From: Mytilus trossulus
Taxonomy: Eukaryota
Reading direction: 5' to 3'
Length of the DNA: 64,000 bases
Assembly (NCBI RefSeq): GCF_036588685.1
Contig: NC_086379.1
Span: 21,576,001 to 21,640,000 of the forward strand
Both the position numbers and the translations under genes were made by a program. This document shows positions 62,501 to 64,000 of the stretch, one piece after another (the first letter of the stretch is position 1; each line of letters begins with the position of its first letter). The notes under the pieces were generated by a model. It searched no databases, was not told the DNA's origin, and worked only from the letters and a program-made list of their open reading frames with translations.

Positions 62501-62817
62501 GGTACAGTCAAATGCATAAATCGGGAAAAAATGAAACCACTATGGCTTAAAATGAAAATGACAAACAGACAAACAGTACTTCATCCATGAAATAATCTAC
62601 ATACAAGTCATATGATTTGTGGAGTGTTAGTGATTGTCATGCATACCTTTACATCGTTCGGGATCCTCATCCGAACCATCATTACAATGTTTGTATCCAT
62701 CACAAAAGTAACGTCTATTAACACATTCTAAATCATCCAGACATCGAAATTCTTCATCATAATTTATACAAGTACAGACTTCAGGCGAATAAGACCTATA
62801 TCTACATTTGCCACAAT
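25509..62817 (-). CDS. Host gene: LDL-receptor class A repeat-containing (LRP-like) protein, partial, at least 7 exons
   Basis: Exons 62817-62647, 61909-61784, 56294-56130, 55401-55264, 54503-54351, 29598-29473 and 25631-25509. All are AG/GT-bounded, phase 1-1, multiples of 3, and each encodes one Cys-rich LDLa module. Confidence 0.85.
27920..28175 (-). repeat. Interspersed repeat (CACGACGGGTGCCACATG...GAGATCACCCC family)
   Basis: Related copies at ~5650-5830, 6670-6850 and 62480-62580. It explains the spurious ORF 27702-28133. Confidence 0.65.
29473..29598 (-). CDS. LDLa exon (EKACAKGYLRCNDGKQYIASYDKCDGKVHCRDGSDEAKDMCL)
   Basis: CDG..HC.DGSDE motif, canonical splice sites, 126 nt. The third Cys is replaced by Tyr. 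Confidence 0.85.
30070..30310. repeat. Left subterminal tandem repeat of the CACTA element (~76-79 bp x3)
   Basis: AAGGTGTATAAAA recurs at ~30080, 30159 and 30234. Units contain TCAAA(A)G(G/A)T motifs. Confidence 0.85.
30730..30817. mobile_element. Palindromic mini-MITE, CACAGGCACTTGT ends, 8-bp TSD (P-element-like)
   Basis: Almost fully self-complementary. Flanks are TATTCTCA / TATCCTCA. Confidence 0.75.
31315..38257 (-). CDS. Transposon accessory protein, 7 exons, 408 aa: acidic N-terminus, Thr-Pro repeats, C14orf93/DUF4616-like C-terminus
   Basis: Exons 38257-38039, 37070-36779, 35531-35401, 34461-34394, 33701-33607, 32664-32555 and 31626-31315 join GT-AG with consistent phases (0,1,0,2,1,0) and no stops. 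The C-terminus has YMSSDEE...QPSWQS..F....LD. AATAAA lies ~12 nt after the stop. Family assignment is by motif recall. Confidence 0.8.
32973..33119. repeat. Foldback hairpin (AGAATAAC...GTTATTCT)
   Basis: Inverted repeat with ~70-bp arms in intron 5 of the accessory gene. Confidence 0.8.
35574..35763. mobile_element. Tc1/mariner-type MITE
   Basis: TA|CTGTAAATTCAGAAATT ... AATTTCTGAATTTACAG|TA. Confidence 0.8.
36546..36727. mobile_element. MITE (CAGTGGCGGATCCA...GATCCGCCTG family)
   Basis: Related copies at 41890-41999 and ~57675-57870. Confidence 0.65.
36880..37045 (-). repeat. 24-bp coding minisatellite encoding (NTPSTSSI)n
   Basis: GTGCTTGGTGTATTAATACTACTA units, about 7 copies, lying inside exon 2 of the accessory gene. 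Confidence 0.85.
37179..37478. mobile_element. MITE with 24-bp TIRs and 3-bp TSD (PIF/Harbinger-like)
   Basis: AGGGAGCTACCATTTGATTTTTAT ... ATAAAAATCAAATGGTAGCTCCCT, flanked by TAT on both sides. Confidence 0.8.
37582..37683. mobile_element. Perfectly palindromic mini-MITE, CACAGGCACTTGT ends, 8-bp TSD GTTATATG
   Basis: 49-bp perfect arms with a 4-nt loop. GTTATATG occurs at 37574-81 and 37684-91. Confidence 0.85.
38290..38460. promoter_or_regulatory. Putative bidirectional promoter of the two cargo genes
   Basis: Lies between divergent starts (38257 minus; 38501/41048 plus). Contains TTTGAA at 38295, GGCGCCGAAA at 38303, ATTGG at 38372 and 38406, and GCGCCATT at 38451. Confidence 0.5.
38734..39486. 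mobile_element. Nested MITEs
   Basis: Outer TIR GAGGGGGAGGACAGGGGT / ACCCCTGTCCTCCCCCTC. The inner element (~38748-39275) has inverted TTCGCCC / GGGCGAA subterminal repeats. Confidence 0.7.
39775..40530 (+). mobile_element. Degenerate or chimeric HINE-type element
   Basis: The 5' part matches the central repeats of 47485-49270. The 3' end GGTGAGCGACACAGGCTC...CTTTAGTT matches the end of 43388-44300. Confidence 0.65.
41048..46453 (+). CDS. MKI67-like: Ki-67-type FHA domain protein (~232 aa), transposon-borne
   Basis: Exons 41048-41136, 41702-41783, 42830-43045, 44891-44973 and 46225-46453 are GT-AG with phases 2,0,0,2 and an open frame. A possible extra first exon ATGGT at 38501-38505 is in frame. 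The N-terminus MLYGEIIVIKRSGVDGAHFLLTVKDCLLGRGKDCDIIIKLPNVSAEHCRIH...NPVVVNSSYFDKPVKLNHGDVFTIIDRSFRFD aligns with the human Ki-67 FHA (IKRSGVDG..CLFGRG..CDI..VSKQHC..LKHGDVITIIDRSFR). Confidence 0.88.
43388..44300 (+). mobile_element. HINE/Helentron-type non-autonomous element with ~166-bp central repeats and a nested repeat (~43960-44175)
   Basis: Subterminal inverted repeat GCTCACCTG / CAGGTGAGC, 5' hairpin, 3' hairpin GGCTC...GAGCC, T-rich ends. Confidence 0.75.
46798..51467 (+). pseudogene. CACTA/EnSpm (CMC; Transposase_21/tnp2-like) transposase, ~960 aa when repaired, disrupted by an insertion and a frameshift
   Basis: Motifs LNVDWFQP (D), GCDIPASRK (D), GCNKC, DPMHNLFLG, PNMHLHGH and FSFERENG (E), plus an N-terminal CxxC...H..C finger. 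Removing 47485-49270 restores ...FEDCYHIVEGSK... in frame. A frameshift near 50745 joins ORF 49190-50782 to 50775-51467. Confidence 0.9.
47485..49270 (+). mobile_element. HINE/Helentron-type element inserted in the transposase ORF
   Basis: Perfect subterminal inverted repeat TTATACGACCGCA (47484) / TGCGGTCGTATAA (49233), (GTC)n microsatellite, ~159-bp and ~130-bp central repeats, 3' hairpin, insertion at TT. Confidence 0.85.
52391..52870. repeat. Right subterminal 42-bp tandem repeat of the CACTA element (~11 copies)
   Basis: Unit AAAATGTCAAAGGTTGTCTGTTCTATACCTTTTGATATGCAC. Confidence 0.9.
53881..54345 (+). mobile_element. 5'-truncated RTE-clade LINE with 5' inversion
   Basis: Plus strand 54095-54330 encodes WR*IGQVLRK...TPGGRRKGGRSKET...AEDRQIWRVL..AVC. 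The inverted part 53881-54090 encodes SNVKSV..YGAECW...FNNRCLRKI...WPKTITN. TGAG-repeat tail; TSD ATTACCTTT(T)ACA. Confidence 0.8.
54351..54503 (-). CDS. LDLa exon (DYNCGPGLTKCKDNIQCVAERRFCDSKPFKPKRKWLYDCKDKSDEDLDFCK)
   Basis: 6 Cys plus DKSDE, canonical splice sites, 153 nt. Confidence 0.85.
55264..55401 (-). CDS. Divergent LDLa-like exon (VKPCPEGQVKCLDTFRCIPMWALCSLAHYRICSVESNLPLQRKYCQ)
   Basis: 6 Cys, phase 1-1, 138 nt. Lacks the acidic DxSDE motif. Confidence 0.75.
56130..56294 (-). CDS. LDLa exon (ETNFQCKDDEFRCKDW...CLSMKHVCDGRKHCYDNSDEELEVCQ)
   Basis: CDG..HC.DNSDE motif, canonical splice sites, 165 nt. Confidence 0.88.
57880..59960. repeat. ~267-bp tandem satellite, 7-8 diverged copies
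   Basis: CAGTAGTTTTCATA-like motif recurs at ~58090, 58331, 58597, 58865, 59139, 59463 and 59748. Confidence 0.85.
59980..60137. repeat. Foldback hairpin (AGGAATGAC...GTCATTTCT)
   Basis: Long imperfect inverted repeat. Confidence 0.75.
61784..61909 (-). CDS. LDLa exon (ALPCPKEMRKCADGVRCIYAIEFCDGKQDCLDGSDEHAFLCD)
   Basis: Canonical LDLa, AG/GT-bounded, 126 nt. Confidence 0.9.
62647..62817 (-). CDS. LDLa exon (DCGKCRYRSYSPEVCTCINYDEEFRCLDDLECVNRRYFCDGYKHCNDGSDEDPERCK)
   Basis: CDG..HC.DGSDE motif, AG/GT-bounded, 171 nt. Confidence 0.88.
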
Positions 62818-64000
62818 CTAAAAAATACGAACTGATATATACTATTAAACATTAAGAGAAAACAATTTGATTGGCTTATATAAACATTATCAGGACAGAA
62901 AATGTAAAAAGGTATTCTAAAATTTGTGTCTGCAAAGCTTGAACATCCATTGTAGGATTTGTATTCTAATAAGGGTGAAAACATATCATTATAAAACTTA
63001 GGAATAAACTTTTTGGTTTGATTGTCAATGTAATAATTATCAATTGCAGACCAATTGTAGATGATGTAAGCAACAATATACATCCATGTGACCTTCAAAA
63101 GCGAAAAATGTCGTACAATTGGTTGTTAAAGGTAACGAAACAAACAATCATTATATAATATATAATACAAACCAGAAAGTTAATGGCCAGCTTATACTTA
63201 ACGAAAACCTTATATATAAGACCACTACTTAAATTGAGATTGGAAACTGGAAATGAATAAAGGCGACTACAACCCAACCAAATAGTAAAATACAGTCCAA
63301 GGCTATCAATTGGTCTTCAGCAGAACTGAATATTTCTTGAAACAGATCGGATGGTGATAGTTACAAACAATAAGTTATTTTTAATTGCCTTTACTCAAAA
63401 CAGGTGGTAAAAAAAGACCAGATTCAAATAGTTCACATTAGAGTACTCACAATTACTGACAGAGGAACCAGTTCATTACAACTAATTAACAAAATGTGTG
63501 CTCCAAATACTAAAAAAAATAATATGTATAAATTCACTGTATAGAAACGTAATAATAGTTGGTTGACCGTTATAAAATATCCGTTTGACAGATGTTATCG
63601 GATATGTTCTTTATGTCGTAACTATAATGCTGTTCTACGTTCACGAATGTGACCTACCGAATTAAAACGCTACACTTACATGATAACTGGATTAGATGTG
63701 CAACTAAAACTCTCACAAAAATAGCTGATGCAAACACCATAGTCGGTGATAACTGACTAATCTGGAAAAAGAACACAATCAAACTTGAAATTGCAAACAT
63801 GTAATTATAAATAATTGAAATTGTAAACAATGAAAGGCAAAAGCTAAAGTCTTGCAAGGTCAATTTGAAGAAGTTGAAATATTGACTTAAAATGATTTAC
63901 TAATGAAAAGACGTCATTTTCAAACACAAAAAACACACTGATGGGATTGAGTTATTGGTTTGTTTAACCTGACAGTGTCTTAATTACTAATTCAGATTTT

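Overview
AT-rich, intron-rich eukaryotic DNA. The interspersed repeats look like those of a bivalve, probably Mytilus (inference). The host locus is a minus-strand gene made of phase-1 LDL-receptor class A (LDLa) exons; 7 were found between 62817 and 25509, and neither end of the gene was identified. Its 24.7-kb intron holds a 23,078-bp CACTA/EnSpm (CMC superfamily) transposon at 29899-52976, with CACTG...CAGTG ends, 26-bp TIRs, a CAA target-site duplication (TSD) and subterminal tandem repeats at both ends. The element carries three genes. The first is an intronless Transposase_21/tnp2-type transposase, broken by a Helentron-type (HINE) insertion and a frameshift. The second is an intact 7-exon, 408-aa minus-strand accessory gene with tandem Thr-Pro repeats and a C14orf93-like C-terminus. 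The third is an intact spliced plus-strand gene encoding a ~232-aa protein made of a Ki-67-type FHA domain and a basic tail. The two cargo genes diverge from a short region with CCAAT, CHR-like and E2F-like motifs, which suggests a cell-cycle or phospho-regulated transposon module (hypothesis). The rest of the window is MITEs, HINEs, Penelope and RTE fragments, a tRNA-headed 441-bp tandem repeat, decayed hammerhead-retrozyme copies and a 4.4-kb TA-flanked TIR element carrying a satellite. All calls were made by eye; no searches were run.
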